From Camelus ferus (lineage: Eukaryota): a stretch of 64,000 nt of DNA. The stretch lies in NCBI RefSeq assembly GCF_009834535.1, contig NC_045697.1, positions 75,518,001 to 75,582,000 on the forward strand. The letters are read 5' to 3'. A program made the position numbers and the translations under genes. Every line of letters starts with the position of its first letter. Position 1 is the stretch's first letter. Of this stretch, positions 13,685-26,365 are shown piece by piece. The notes beneath the pieces are model-generated. The model did no database searches. It worked only from the letters and a program-made list of their open reading frames with translations, and had not been told where the DNA came from.

Positions 13685-15665
13685 ATAAACAGATAAATGG
13701 AATAAATTGAGAGTCCAGAAATAAACCATATCAATTTATTTTCAGCAAGGTGCCAAGACAGTTCAATGGGGAAAGAATAGTATTTTCAAAAAATGGTTTT
13801 TGGGTATCTGAATATCCAAATACATAAGAATGAACTGAGATGCCTACCTCACTCAGACACACAGATTGACTCACAATATATCATTGACCTAAACATAAGA
13901 GCTAAAACTATAAAGCTCTTAGAAGAAAACAAAGGAATAAATTTTTGTGACCTTGAATTAATCAATAGTTTCTTAGATATGACATCAAAAGCACAAGAAA
14001 CAAAAAAATCAGATTTAAAAAAATTTAAACCTTTTTTTATTCAGAGAATACAATCTAGAAAATAAAAAGACCACTCTTTTGATGACACAAAATACTTACA
14101 AGTCATAAATCTGATTAAGAATTTGTCGCCAGAATATGTAGAGAATTTCTAAAGTTCAAAAATAAAAAATAAATAACCATAATTTTAAAATGGGCAAAAG
14201 GCCTAAATAGACATTTTTTTCAAGATATATATAAATAGCAAAAAACCCCACATGAACTGGTGCCCAACACCATTAATCATTTAGGAAATGCAAATAAGAA
14301 TCACAATGGGACACCACTTTACATACTCATTTAGGATAACTATAATCAAAAAGATAGACAGTAACAGCTGTTGGTGTGGATGTAAAGAAATTGGGATACT
14401 CATACACTATTGGTGGGACTGTGAAATGATGTAACCACTTTAGAAACCAGTTTGAGTGATCCTCAGAACATTAGACATAGAGTCTCCATATTACCCAGAA
14501 ATTTCATTATTTCCTTATTCAGCAATCCATTTCCTTACGCAACAATAAAAAGAAACAATGTACTGAGACATGCCACAGTGATGAAAGATGAACCTTGAAA
14601 ACATGCTAACTGAAAGTAAGCCACTCACAAAAGACTACGTATTATATGATTCCATTTGGCAAATCTCGAAGGACCTGAGAAAGGAAGCTTATGAAAGCTA
14701 TATGTAAAAATTATGGACAGTGTTAAGTTCATAAAATTGAGCAAGACCAAATTGCACTGATGTATGGCTTAAACTACTAGCCTTCAACCATTCACGTAGA
14801 GATCTCAAGAACAGGGATTTGGGTTCTGATTTTGGATTGAGTTACTAATTAGTATGGTGGAAGGATAGGGACACATGGGAATTAGGTACTCAGAGGGAAA
14901 ATAGGTCATATGCTATTCCCTCCAAGGAGTGAGACTGAGTAAGAAAAGTGAAGTGCCCTGGAGAAGGTTGGATGATGGGAAAGAATGGGAGAAATTAAAG
15001 ACTAGCGTGTGCTATGAGCAGCTATAGTAGTAGCAAGTGTAAGGAAGCTTAACAGGTAAGAGATCTTTGGTCAGGGTGAGATAAATGAAATTATAATTTT
15101 CAAATATCCGTCTATTGAAAAAAATTTATGTTGTAGTTATAGGAATGAGTGGCTCCAAAATATCAGATAAAATTAACTGGAGAAAAGGAAGACCAGAATT
15201 TTAAAACCTGATTGTTTTTTACAAGTGAACTGAAACATTCAACTCTGGCAGGAGATGAGTAGAGAGGACAATCATGAATGTTGTCTCAAAAGTTGTCAAA
15301 GACTTCAATGACTGAAGGGAAATGATTAGGAAATTGGTAAATAACATCAATAAGGAAGGTGAGGAGAATGGTACAGCCTGCTGGTATGAGACTCAAAAGG
15401 AAATGTGCTTTTACCAAAAGACTGGAAGGGAGATGCTCTGACAGCTGCAGTGAGGAGGCAGGTGGTTTACAGAAGGGCAGTGAGAGCTCTATTTGAGGCA
15501 TGGGAACTCTCATAGTGTTTTAAACCTGCACAGAGCCTTATTATGAAGAGAAACATCTCACAGTTTTTAAAAAATGTTTACTTGAAGAGTTTGTAGAATT
15601 TTGATAGGGAAAAAATTGTTAGTGAGTATAACCCGAAAAAATCAGACTTGGAAATGAGAAGCAGT

Positions 15666-15694
15666 CTTTTGTTTTTGTTTTGTTTTGTTTTGTT
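15666..15694 (+). repeat. (TTTTG)n microsatellite
   Basis: Read directly from the sequence. Confidence 0.85.
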
Positions 15695-18600
15695 TAGAAA
15701 ATAGTGAGGGGAACAACAAGATCAGAGTGGATCTTTTATTAGTGATAAACTTGATTGAATAAATTGGGTGAAGCCAGATTTTGTAGATCTTTGCTTTGAA
15801 GGCTAATAAGTTTTATTTTATCCTGAGGTCAAAATAGTCATCGAAGATTTTTATCAGGGAGGTAATGTACTGAAACTAGTGTTGAAACTTGGTTTGAATG
15901 GAAAGGAGGTATGAACAAGCCACTTCACTGGTTTCCAAATCTGTTCAACCAGAACAAACCAAAAACATCAAAATATTCACTAAAATAAACTAACACTGCT
16001 TTTGACTCATTCATTCATCTGGTTACCATCTATTGGGCACCTACTGTGTGCAAAGTTATCTGCTCAATTCATTTTTCCGTTAGCAGGCAAATTACTGGTG
16101 ACGTATAATTTCACTGTTCCTTAACTGAGAGTCATCAAATCCTAGTCTCAACACTCTAGGTGAGAACTGTGGAAGAACCTCTCTATATTTATGGCAGTCA
16201 TTTTTAAAATTGAGTAATAATGGGTAACTGTTAATGGGCATCAACTGCCTTTGTTCACAGAAAACAAATTGAAGATGACAGTAGCATCTCATTGTAATCT
16301 TGTTCAGTGCATTTGTTTTCCTCATTCAATTTTCATCCCTTGATCAATTACAGAATTTACTCTAAGAAATGATGATCTGTAAAACCAAATCAAAAAGGCA
16401 AGTATGGGGATGTTCTTTAAAGCTCTTCTTACTCAAAACTCAGCAGATTTATTTTATTAAATAATTTTGCCCCTAGGGTAAAAGTGAGTATTGTTTTGTT
16501 CTTTGTCAGTATATAATTCTTCAGCAGAATCAAGCTGTTTCTGTAATTAAACAAGCAAAAGACATAAGCAATAGAATGAAGAAATTATATTTTAGAATAG
16601 AAACTGGTAAGTGACTTAGAATTCTTAGGTATTCTAATCATCAACTACAAAAGATTCATAGGTTTACAGAGTCAAATGGATTCAGTTAGAAATCAAAGAT
16701 CTGGCCTCCAGCCTAACAACTGGAGCATTAAAAAGAATTCTGATGACTTTATAAATTGTAAATATATCTGCTTTCCATAATTCCCATACTCCATTCTCAT
16801 GAAACCTTAAATAAATATTTTAGTCTAGCAAAATCCACTAGAAAAAATCATAAGCTAATATTCAATTAGATTCTAATTAGATCCCAAGATTCAAGATGAG
16901 TTTTTGCTTCAAAGTACATTTCCCATCCAAAAATAGAGTTTTCCTTTAAGGGGTCTTCTCCCACCTGGACAGCAGTTGGTATTCTAGTGTAAATCTCTTG
17001 CTACAGAAATCTTAAGTGCTATTTCATTCTCCTTTACCTCATCCTCAAGCGGGAAAATCTACTCTGACTCCAAAGGTCAGGAAACAGAGAGAACTACATT
17101 GGATGCAGTCAACTTAACTTCATGACTGCATCTGTTATTTAATAGCCAATACTGACTTCATCATCCACTGTAGTTCTTGACCCAGAATGGCTCTCTAGAT
17201 ACTCACAATTGTGTTTCTAGTACCTGTTTTAGGATGCAAATGAAAAAGACAATGAACACTTGATCATATGGCATGGTAAAGGAATGGGATGTTTCACTTA
17301 ATTAAATGACTAAGCTAACACAGCACTGCAATATGTACTAATAAGTGCAATGACATAGAATATATGCTAAAAATTAATATTGATCTAAAGATTTAAAGGG
17401 CATTTAAGAATCTTTCAATACATAATACAGTTATTGGACAAATCATTAATCACTTAAAGATAGACTGCAAGATCAAAAGAAAGAGAAAACCTTTTACTAC
17501 AGTGTTTGCCTACTGCTGACAAGGCAAATTTCTGAGCAACAACTAGAACTTGTGAGGGCAGAGTACACGCAAGTATATCAGTGTGATTGGAGTAAAGGCC
17601 AGAAGGTTGGATATCATTGTGGATAAATGATTAAAGTACAGCCAAAACATTATTGGCCTTGCCTCTACTTACTTCAAGAAAGACCCTAACTCCTTCCTTC
17701 CAGGGAGACTCCTGAAGATTCCAGGAGGTACATCCAAGAAATACAGGCTGATATTCAATATTATGACTTCTCTGCTTGTGACAGTTGTCACGGCCCTTCC
17801 TTTAAGTGTAAGATTTTTTTCCTCCCAATGTTTCTCTAGGTTAAGGTAAAATACGGAGTAGTAACTGCTTGATTCCTTTGCCAGCTTTCTCAAAGCCTCT
17901 AAAAGATTTCCTCATTCTATGGTGTCAGATGCTCGTAAATGATCCTCAAATCAAACAAGTGCCATAAGCTATACAGTGATTGGGGTATGGCACCCTCCTG
18001 CATTGCTGAGATGGAACCAGGTCTTGTCACGCCTTCTCTAAGACCAGTGCAGTGAGTTGCACTGACCTGCTAGGTTTCTCTTCACAAGAGAACAAATGCC
18101 TTATGTACTTGGAAACCATGGTGACTGAGTTCTGGAGAAGGGTCACACTTAAGAAAAATTAGTCCTAACTCTAAGAAATTTAGAAACAACTTCAAAAATT
18201 TTAAATTAAGACTATACCCAAACATATAGTACATGTATTAAAATTCTTTTCATTTTCCTCTTTAATTCTCTGCCGTAAATTTTCCAGAGGCTAAAACTCC
18301 CCCAATATGGAAAATTTATCTGCTCCATTTCTTCTCCACTATCATATCTCCACTGTTCATGCCCATAGACAATCTTTATTCATCATGTGCCTACTAAATG
18401 TGGCACTCCCCTCCCACACAGCCTATTAAACATGCACTTGGGCCTCCATTAGCACAGTTCTCTTGAGAATAAGTCACAATTTCAACCCCAGTCAACCCTC
18501 TCTTCTCTCCATCCTAGAATCTGAACAATCACAGCTTAATATTATTTCAATAATTGGATATATTAGTAATACACTCAATGTGGCAGACTTTGGCCACATT

Positions 18601-20119
18601 GATGAACATAACCTTTCATACTCATTACTAGGAATCCAAGCTTTTCCAAAATGATTGAATCAATAATTGGTGTGATCACATATTCAGGAATAACAACATG
18701 TGCCTATATCCACTTTACCACAACTGCTTTTTAATGCTAACTCAGAAGCCACAGGAAAAGGAATTTATCTGAAACCTGCTTCATTTAAAACATCTTTTAA
18801 AAACTCTTTAAAATGTCCCTTTTCAAGATGTATAGGGAAGGGGAAGGGGGTCATTTAATCTGCGGCATGAAGAATTTGTCCTGCTGAGAAGATGAAAACG
18901 ATCTCTGCTTTTCTCAGTATCGTCCATGCATGCAGCTGACTGGCCATCTCCCTCAAAGTAGTTGATTTGCATGATGAAGTACTTACTTGGCTTTGGTGGG
19001 GTTTTTTGAAACTCAAAGGATTTCTTATGTTGAAAAGCTATTTTGTTTGCTTTTGAGTGGAATGCATTTATTTGAGGGATGTAAACTTCTGGGAATTGTG
19101 GTAAGTTTGAAATCTTAATTCTGCTACATGCTCTTCAATGGGTTGTTTAGTTGGATGATTATATTTAGTTTGAGAGTTAATCACCTCAATTGTAACAATT
19201 TTTTGAGTACTAATTTCAAATCTAAACTGTTGGTGCATAGTCCAGATATCTGAACACCTCAGGGACTGCACATAGGGTAATTAGTACGGATTCCTTTTTA
19301 GGGATGGGATAGTTTCATTTCTTGCTTGAAGCTATTCATTGGCAGTCATTAGATCCATGGGAATGATGTCTGTGTACATTTTAATTTTTATCAAATGCTT
19401 TTATGTCATTTATTTTAAGATTTCTCATTACATTGCTAACAATATAATAGTTCAATATAATTGTAAATATTTTGATGATATCCAAATAGATAACAGATTC
19501 TTTACTATGTTATTCAGCAAGAGCAGCTGATTAATGAGTTGGTTTAAGATTTCAGAGAATGATCTTGATGAGCTCAACTTTATCATTTAATATTTATTTC
19601 AAGAAAGAGAATGATAACAAAGTATTTTAGTTGTCTTTGGAATTTTTTACTATAGTATTTGTTGCACTAGATTCACTTTTTAAAGAACATCTGATTTTCA
19701 AAAGTAAAAGTGAACCTTTATTTAGTCATGTGTTGAAGCGGAGAAGGGAAGTGCTGGCAGGTGACGGGCACGGAATATTCTGAGCTGAATCCTGAACTGT
19801 TTGTTTAACCAGAGGCTATTGATTCCTTGAGAGTCTATCAGAACCTTTTCATGTGTCTTGCCTCTTGGATGTATCTCTACCTTCCAACTGTACCCAGGGT
19901 CTGCAGCTCATAAACAAGAAGTCTAGGGAAGAGTGTTCAGAAATAAGGATAAAAAACTGACCTGGACCTGGACCAAACTTGATACTAAAGGATGGCATCT
20001 GTGGCCTGGAATAGGCAGATCCTAAACACTGAACCTCATCCACCACTTTTGCATCAATGGCCATAAAAGATCTTCCTATAATTTCCTTAGATCAGCATTT
20101 CTTCTTGCTTTAGAAGAGT

Positions 20120-22900
20120 TTAGTATTATCTGCAGATTTGAGATCTTATTGTTAACATATTTTGCGGTTGTTCCAGCACTGTTTATTGAAAAATCAACCA
20201 TTGTTCAGGGATCTGTGATGAAATCTGTTCCATATTAGCATAGGATTCTTTGGGAGCTCTCTATTCTGTCCTGTTGGTTAATTGTCTCTTCCTGGGACAG
20301 TGCTACACTATCTTAATTATTGTTACTGGATAATATGGATAATAACTTATAGTACATGATAGAGCAAGTCTTCTTGCCTTGTTATACTTCTTAAGCACTG
20401 TCTTGACTATTCTTGGGCCTTTTTTCTTCCATACAAATTATAGAATCAATGTGTCAAATATTTGAAGTACAATTGCACTTGTATATTAGTTTAAACCTTT
20501 GGCATTGACATTAAACTGTTTTTAGCTGACAAAGATGACACATGGTTCTACCTAACAGACTGAAAGTGAAAGAAGTAACAGCCTTCTGATAAAGTCTGTA
20601 CTCATGAACATGATGTATGCTATGGTCTGAAAGTTTGTGTCCCTCCCAAAATGCATATGTTGAAATCTTAGGAAGTGGGGCCTTTGGTTGGACAAGGTTG
20701 GAACCCTCATAAATGGGATTAGTGCCTTATAGAATAAACCTCACAGAGATCCTTAGGCCCTTCCACCACATGAGGACACAGTGAGAAGGCAAATCAGGAA
20801 GAGTAACCTTTCCAGAACACAATCATGTTGACTCCTTGATCTTGGACTCCCAGCCTGCAGAACTATGAGAAATAAGTTTCTGTTGTTTATAAGCTGATCA
20901 GTCTATGGATAAGTTACACAGTCTATTCTGTTATAGTAGTCCAAACAAACTAAGACATGCATCTGTCCATTTACTTGGGTCTTCTTTAGTATATTTTCAA
21001 GAAACTCCTAATTTTTCCATGCAGGACTTGAACATACAAGATTTACTCTTAGACATCTTTTTCTTTTTTTCTTGTTGCTGTTGTAAATGGTATCTTTTTC
21101 TTATTACAGTTTCAGTTTATGCATATGTATAAAAATGCAAATTGATATTTGAATGCTGGCCTTCTAATCACTTCTTAACCACTTAATGTTTATAATAATT
21201 AATCTGCAAATCATTTGTGGCTTTCTCTACAGATAATTACATCATCTATGAAAAAAATATATCATTTATCTTTGATGTAAAAATTGATACATGATTTGGG
21301 GGGAGGAGGAGAGATTACTATTCCTGGTAAATTGATGTGACATTTTATCTTAAATTAGAAGCCCAGAGGTTTGAGGGTTGTTTTTGTTTTTTCATTTACA
21401 ATCAACCTTTTTAATGCAAATGCCTGACTTTTACAAACCAGAAACTTTATGATTCATTTTTAACCCAATCTGATCATCTCTGCATATCATCAGGCAGGTT
21501 TAATTGTTTACAGTTCTCTTTGGATTTATTTTGACCATCTATTTTAAATATTTAACTTTTGTCTTTATCCATTTATTACTTTTATTGGTTTCATCCAATT
21601 TTCTTCATTTTATTTTTTCTGCTCTATATTTTGAAGTTACATATTTTTATTTCTACTAAATCAGCATTTCTATTGGATTCATCCAATTTTCTTTCATCTA
21701 TTTTATTCCTAGTGGTTCTGAGTCACATACCTTCTTCCATTCAATGCAAGGCCCTTGGAATGTTTTATTTTAATCATTGCCTCCCAAATTTCATATTATT
21801 GTCATTTAGTATTTTAGTTCCATGTTTTAAAATCTCCCCACTAGTTAGACATTATTTTATTATATTCTTGTCAATGTTTACTTGGATTATAAATTTCTTT
21901 ACATGACATGGTTCTTAGTATTCTACTTCTTTATTGATTTCATTCAGAATGAAGATACTTTAGTAGATTTTCAGAAGGTCTACTACAAACCTTCTCATAA
22001 AATTAAATGTGCTTATTTTGCTCCCAGTCTTGAATGATAGTTCGTATGGTTGAGAATTCTAGCTTCATGGTTGCTTCACCTCAGGACTTCAGACATGTAA
22101 TTGAATGCTCATCTAATGACCATTGTTAGTATTGTTAATGAGAAATCTGTTGTCAGACTAATTGTATTCTTTCTAGAAGAAGTCTCTTTATCTCTCTGGA
22201 TTTTGTTTGGGGTTTCCTGTTTTTGTTTTGCTATTTTTGTTTTACCATAATGCGTCATAGTGTGGGTTTGCATTTTTGTTTGTCTGTTTATATTTTGGGT
22301 TTTGTTTTGTTTTTGCTGCTGAAGGCTCATTATGGTTTTTGAACTTGAGAATTCATGCCTTTCTTCAATTCTGAAAACTTACCAGCCATTACTTCATGGA
22401 AAACTTTTCTTCCCCTAAATCCTTTATTTTCTCTTTATGAAATACATCATTGTATTTATTTATTCCATATTTTTAGTATTTTAACATCTCTCATATTTAA
22501 AATCATTTCTTTGTAATGCATTCTAGGCAGTTTACTCAGCTGCATCTTTCAGTTCTCTGATTCGCATTTTAATTGACATTAATTTGCTATTGACCTCATC
22601 CACTGAACTTATTTTTTATAATTGTATTTTCTATATCTAGAGGTTCAAAACAGTGTGATTTTTTCAAGCAGCCCTGATGTTTTATTATTTTTTATATTTT
22701 CCTTTATCACTTTTATCATTTTAAACATATTTACTTTCTAGTCTTTTTCAGATTGTTTTTTGGTCTTCAATTTGGGGATGGCTAATCCTTTTGAGAATAA
22801 TGTCTGCTAACTCTATTTCACAGCGTATCTTTTCTCAAGCTCTTTGAAACACTTATTATGAACTTATGTTCAGTGGTCCTTGTTTGTCCTGTGGTAGTTG
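20120..22900 (-). mobile_element. Highly decayed old L1 (L1M4/L1ME-like) fragments
   Basis: T-rich antisense L1 motifs: 'ttgttccagcactgtttattgaaaa', 'ctctattctgtcctgttgg', 'ttgctgttgtaaatggtatc', 'gagaaatctgttgtcagactaattg', 'ttcttcaattctgaaaacttaccagccatt'. Confidence 0.65.
20618..20957 (+). mobile_element. MaLR solo LTR, MLT1A/MLT1A0-like
   Basis: Starts 'tgctatggtctgaaagtttgtgtccctcccaaaatgcatatgttgaaatc' and ends 'caaacaaactaagaca'. Confidence 0.88.
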
Positions 22901-24429
22901 TATTTTTCATATCTTTTCATAACTATATTGTAAGCTCCTTAAATATAGATATTTTATGTCATAGACCTTCTCATTTCTATGCACCTAATAGGTAGTAAAT
23001 ATTTAAATGAATTAGTGCTCTGAATTTTACCTCTCAAACCAGACTGCAAATTTACTGAGGAAAGATATATTTTTTGTTCCTTTGATTCCTTCTCAGACCT
23101 TTCCCACCTCAAAATCTCTTCACTGAGTATTATCAGCAAGTTATTGAAAATATTTATAAAATGTGTAGATCAATAAATAAATGAGTTTGTTAAATTATCT
23201 AATGCAGAAGAATAAGAATAACTCTTGGGGACACAAATCCTTCCTCAGAAGCCAATTAAAAAGTGCTAAAGGGGATCTGATAAAATTTACGGCAACGAAG
23301 TACGGCTGCCACCTGTTTTCAATTATACATTATTATCTTACAATTCTGTCCCAATTGGGTATTTTACAGTTTCAGCTTCTTTATAATAGAAACTGTATGT
23401 AAACATAACTACGGTTTTTCATTTTTATTTTTTTGCACATTAGTGCATAGCTGCCATGTCAACAGTTGAAAATACTGTTAACAAATAAGTATACCAGTCC
23501 TGGGGGGATCTCTCCCAAGGAGAATAATAAAATGTGAGAAAAGCACTTTTTTTAAGTTAAAAACCATCACCTCATTTGGTCTCCATATTTCTGAATATAA
23601 AGGAGTTATAAGATCTTAAGAATCAAAGACTTATCCATTCAGAAACTTGTATTATGCCTTGGAGCCACAAAGATGAATAATCAAAATTCATCTCCAAGAT
23701 TCACTGTCTCTTAGGAAAAGCAGACACACTCGGAAGTAGTTTGTACTGAGAGCTCTCTGAGACGGATACGGGCAACATGCTAGGAGACTATGGTGAAGTT
23801 AAAAAGAAGGAAAGACTCCATGGAGGAATAAGCCTCAGGCAGGGAAGATCTGAAAAATGAACAAGATCTGATCTCCAGTTCAGTTATGATAGGTAGTTTC
23901 ACGTTTATGAATAAGCTGTTTTTGGATGTGATATGGGGAAATGTCTTTGCCACTTATTCTACATATTGTGTGGCATTCCTGGTCGACTTAGGAAAGCTGA
24001 ATAGTGTTTACACCCATTGCTAAAGATGAATTATGTGTATATGGAGCATGGATTCACTGAGCTGCAGTCAAACTCACCTAACCGAAGTGACAAGAAGCCC
24101 TCAGACTTCCAAAGAATCTAGCAGTTGATCCCTCCTTCCCAGCAGAATTGCTTTAAATTTTCCTTCTGCCGAGATAAAGTAAAAAGTGTTTGATGTTTGA
24201 ATGAGAGACCTTCTGCCTAAGGTAAGACAAATAACTCATCGTGGCACCAGAATCCTGATACTGACCTCGGAAGAAGTCTCTCATCACCAATTCTCTGGCC
24301 GTAGGATCCTGTTTCTTTGTCTTGCTTTCTGGGTTGTTTTCTGGGGGGTTCACTGTTTTGTTTTTAATATATAAGAACTACTTTTTGGAGAAGAGGTAGG
24401 GCAGGGAAAAATAAGGAGATTTTTGTGAT

Positions 24430-25030
24430 TAAAAGTCACTCCAGGCAGGAAAGCCATAAATGCAAAAGATCTGATGCTTAGAGACCAAGGCTGGAGTTCA
24501 AATTAGAGTGCTCTAAGCAACCAGTCAGGTGACCTGTTAAGTCAAGAAAGGTCCTGATGCTATAATCTGTATGCTATAAAAATGTTGTAATGATTCATTC
24601 ATTAGTTTATAGGCTAAGCTACCATGAAGACTGTATTAGGCTACATAAAGAATTATATTGCTGCTTCTTTGTTATCAGTGCATGAATCATTATACCTGTA
24701 AATAAATATGAATTTTTCCACCAAAAGAAAGTTTAAAAAAAGAAAAAGAAAAAAGGTCCTGATGGCCTTGTGTGCCACACAGGGAGATCTGACTTTACCT
24801 AATAGACAATGTGGAGCCATTGAAATGTTTTGAGCCAAAAGGTAATAGTGACATAGCAAATATTAGGTTGAGGTAGGAGATAGGTAAACCATAAGTGAAT
24901 TCAATTAGAAATTGTCATAGTAGTCCAGAGAGGAAATTACATTGGTCTCGACTATGGTAGTGGTAGGAGGTATGGAGACTGGTACATTGCTTCAGAAGAT
25001 GTGGAGAAGATACACTCATTGAGACTTGAA
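24430..25030 (-). mobile_element. L2 remnant (host of the 24560-24751 insertion)
   Basis: 'ccaggcaggaaagccataaatgcaaaagatctga' and 'ggccttgtgtgccacacagggagatctgacttt...ggagccattgaaatgttttgagc' are antisense L2-like and join across the insertion. Confidence 0.6.
24560..24751 (+). mobile_element. Retroposed poly(A)-tailed fragment resembling Tigger5 (TcMar-Tigger) internal sequence
   Basis: Exact flanking repeat AAAGGTCCTGATG at 24547-24559 and 24752-24764. AATAAA at 24701-24706 and an A-rich tail from ~24723. The body 'gattcattcattagtttataggctaagctaccatgaag...ttgctgcttctttgttatcagtgcatgaatcattatacctgtaaataaatatgaattt' matches my recollection of Tigger5. Confidence 0.75.
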
Positions 25031-26237
25031 TTTCAGAAGTTATTTATTTTTAGCCCCGTATCTCATTTCTTCTTTACCAATTACCAGTTTTACTCAGTGT
25101 ACTTTCACACCTTTCAACTCTAGTTTCTTAGGAATCTGTTTTTGAGAAGTACTGACTACTTTTGCTGTGAGAGTTTTCTGGGGGTTTGTGTGAGTGTGCG
25201 TGTGTGTGTTTTATCCATGTGACAGGCACAGAAGTAGACAGAAATGTACATGAGGAGGTAACTGTGATGGTGTCAATGCACATTTATTTAAGTAGTTTGA
25301 ATTGGCTATAGGCATCTGACCTCAGGAAATTGTATCAAGCATTCTATCTGTCCTCCTACCTCTAGGAAAAATTGCACCCAGAGGATTCCTCCAGAGCTGG
25401 AGTAAGAGATTTACCAGTCTCATAATTTACCCACCCCCAGGAAATGAGAGAATAGGAAATTTACAGACATAGGCCAGACACCTCACCTTACTGATACTTC
25501 TTTCCAGAAAGAACCTGAGGGATCTGGGTCCCTTTATTCCTTAGGGATTACGACAGGTTCCTCCATTTAGGAATGAAATATACAACACAATTTATTTCTA
25601 AAATGCAGCATCATGCATTATGCAATTTCACCACTAAAACTTGTACCTTGCCATTAAAATACTTTCACAACGCCTCAAATCCTTCTTTTATTATTTTGAT
25701 TAAAAATTGGAAACATTTGAATCACTTTTCACAGGTGATTTTTTTTTTCTTCTTCCCTCCTCTGGCTTTCCCCTTAACTTAGGATAACCCAGAGGAGCAC
25801 TCTGATTTCTTTTAAGTCACCCTCCAACACTTCCGCCCTTCTGTGGGCTCCACTAGGATCCCCGGGAGGTGGGAGTATCTATCTGACTTTTATTTTTTAT
25901 TTTACACTGGTACCAATATTTCCTTCATATAAAACAAGTCAGAAGTTTTGACCAGATTAAAACATTGAAATGATGGCATCAAGTTTAGTGAACTGAACTA
26001 ATTTGTTGAATCTCTTAAGGAAAAAAAGAGAGAGAGAGAGAATCCTTTCTCCGAAAATGATGATCCATGCTTTCCTAAGAAAACTTTTGAGACAATTGTC
26101 ACATCACCAATTCCTACTTTGGTCACACAAAAACCTCACAAAAGCTCTGCTCATGTGGTTTTGTAGCTAAATTACTGGAAACAAAAGTACTAAAGCCAAT
26201 TGGCCACAAAGAGAAGAAAATAAAACTAGCCACTTAC

Positions 26238-26365
26238 GCCTGAAGTGCTAGCTTCCACCATATGCAGTCCCACAAAAGTCAACAGGGGAAAATCATCAAA
26301 GTGAAGCACAACAGAGCTATAATCACAGAACCACAGAGATGGGATTTGCTGAAGTTCACCCAAAC
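26238..26365 (-). other. Candidate 128-nt spliced exon (lncRNA or 5' UTR)
   Basis: On the minus strand, acceptor 'gattttcatttttgtag|G' and donor 'GGC|gtaagt', in sequence with no recognisable repeat. One frame is open but the peptide is not recognisable. Confidence 0.4.

Larger units (their letters stand above)
9596..14660 (+). mobile_element. Old L1M ORF2 plus 3' UTR, broken into four pieces (~9596-10671, 12326-12652, 13118-13173, 13685-14660) by younger insertions
   Basis: Colinear L1 ORF2 motifs: 'ggcccagatggcttt', 'caagtgggatttatcctaggaatgcaagg', a decayed RT motif FADNV at ~10440, 'cttactacaaagctacagtaatcaagacagtgtgg' and the ORF track piece 13793-14065. Confidence 0.85.

Noticed and set aside
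24143..24221. Plus-strand exon-like segment (cccag|...AAG|gtaaga)
   Set aside because: Stops in all frames and no partner exons; donor-like heptamers arise often by chance in 64 kb.
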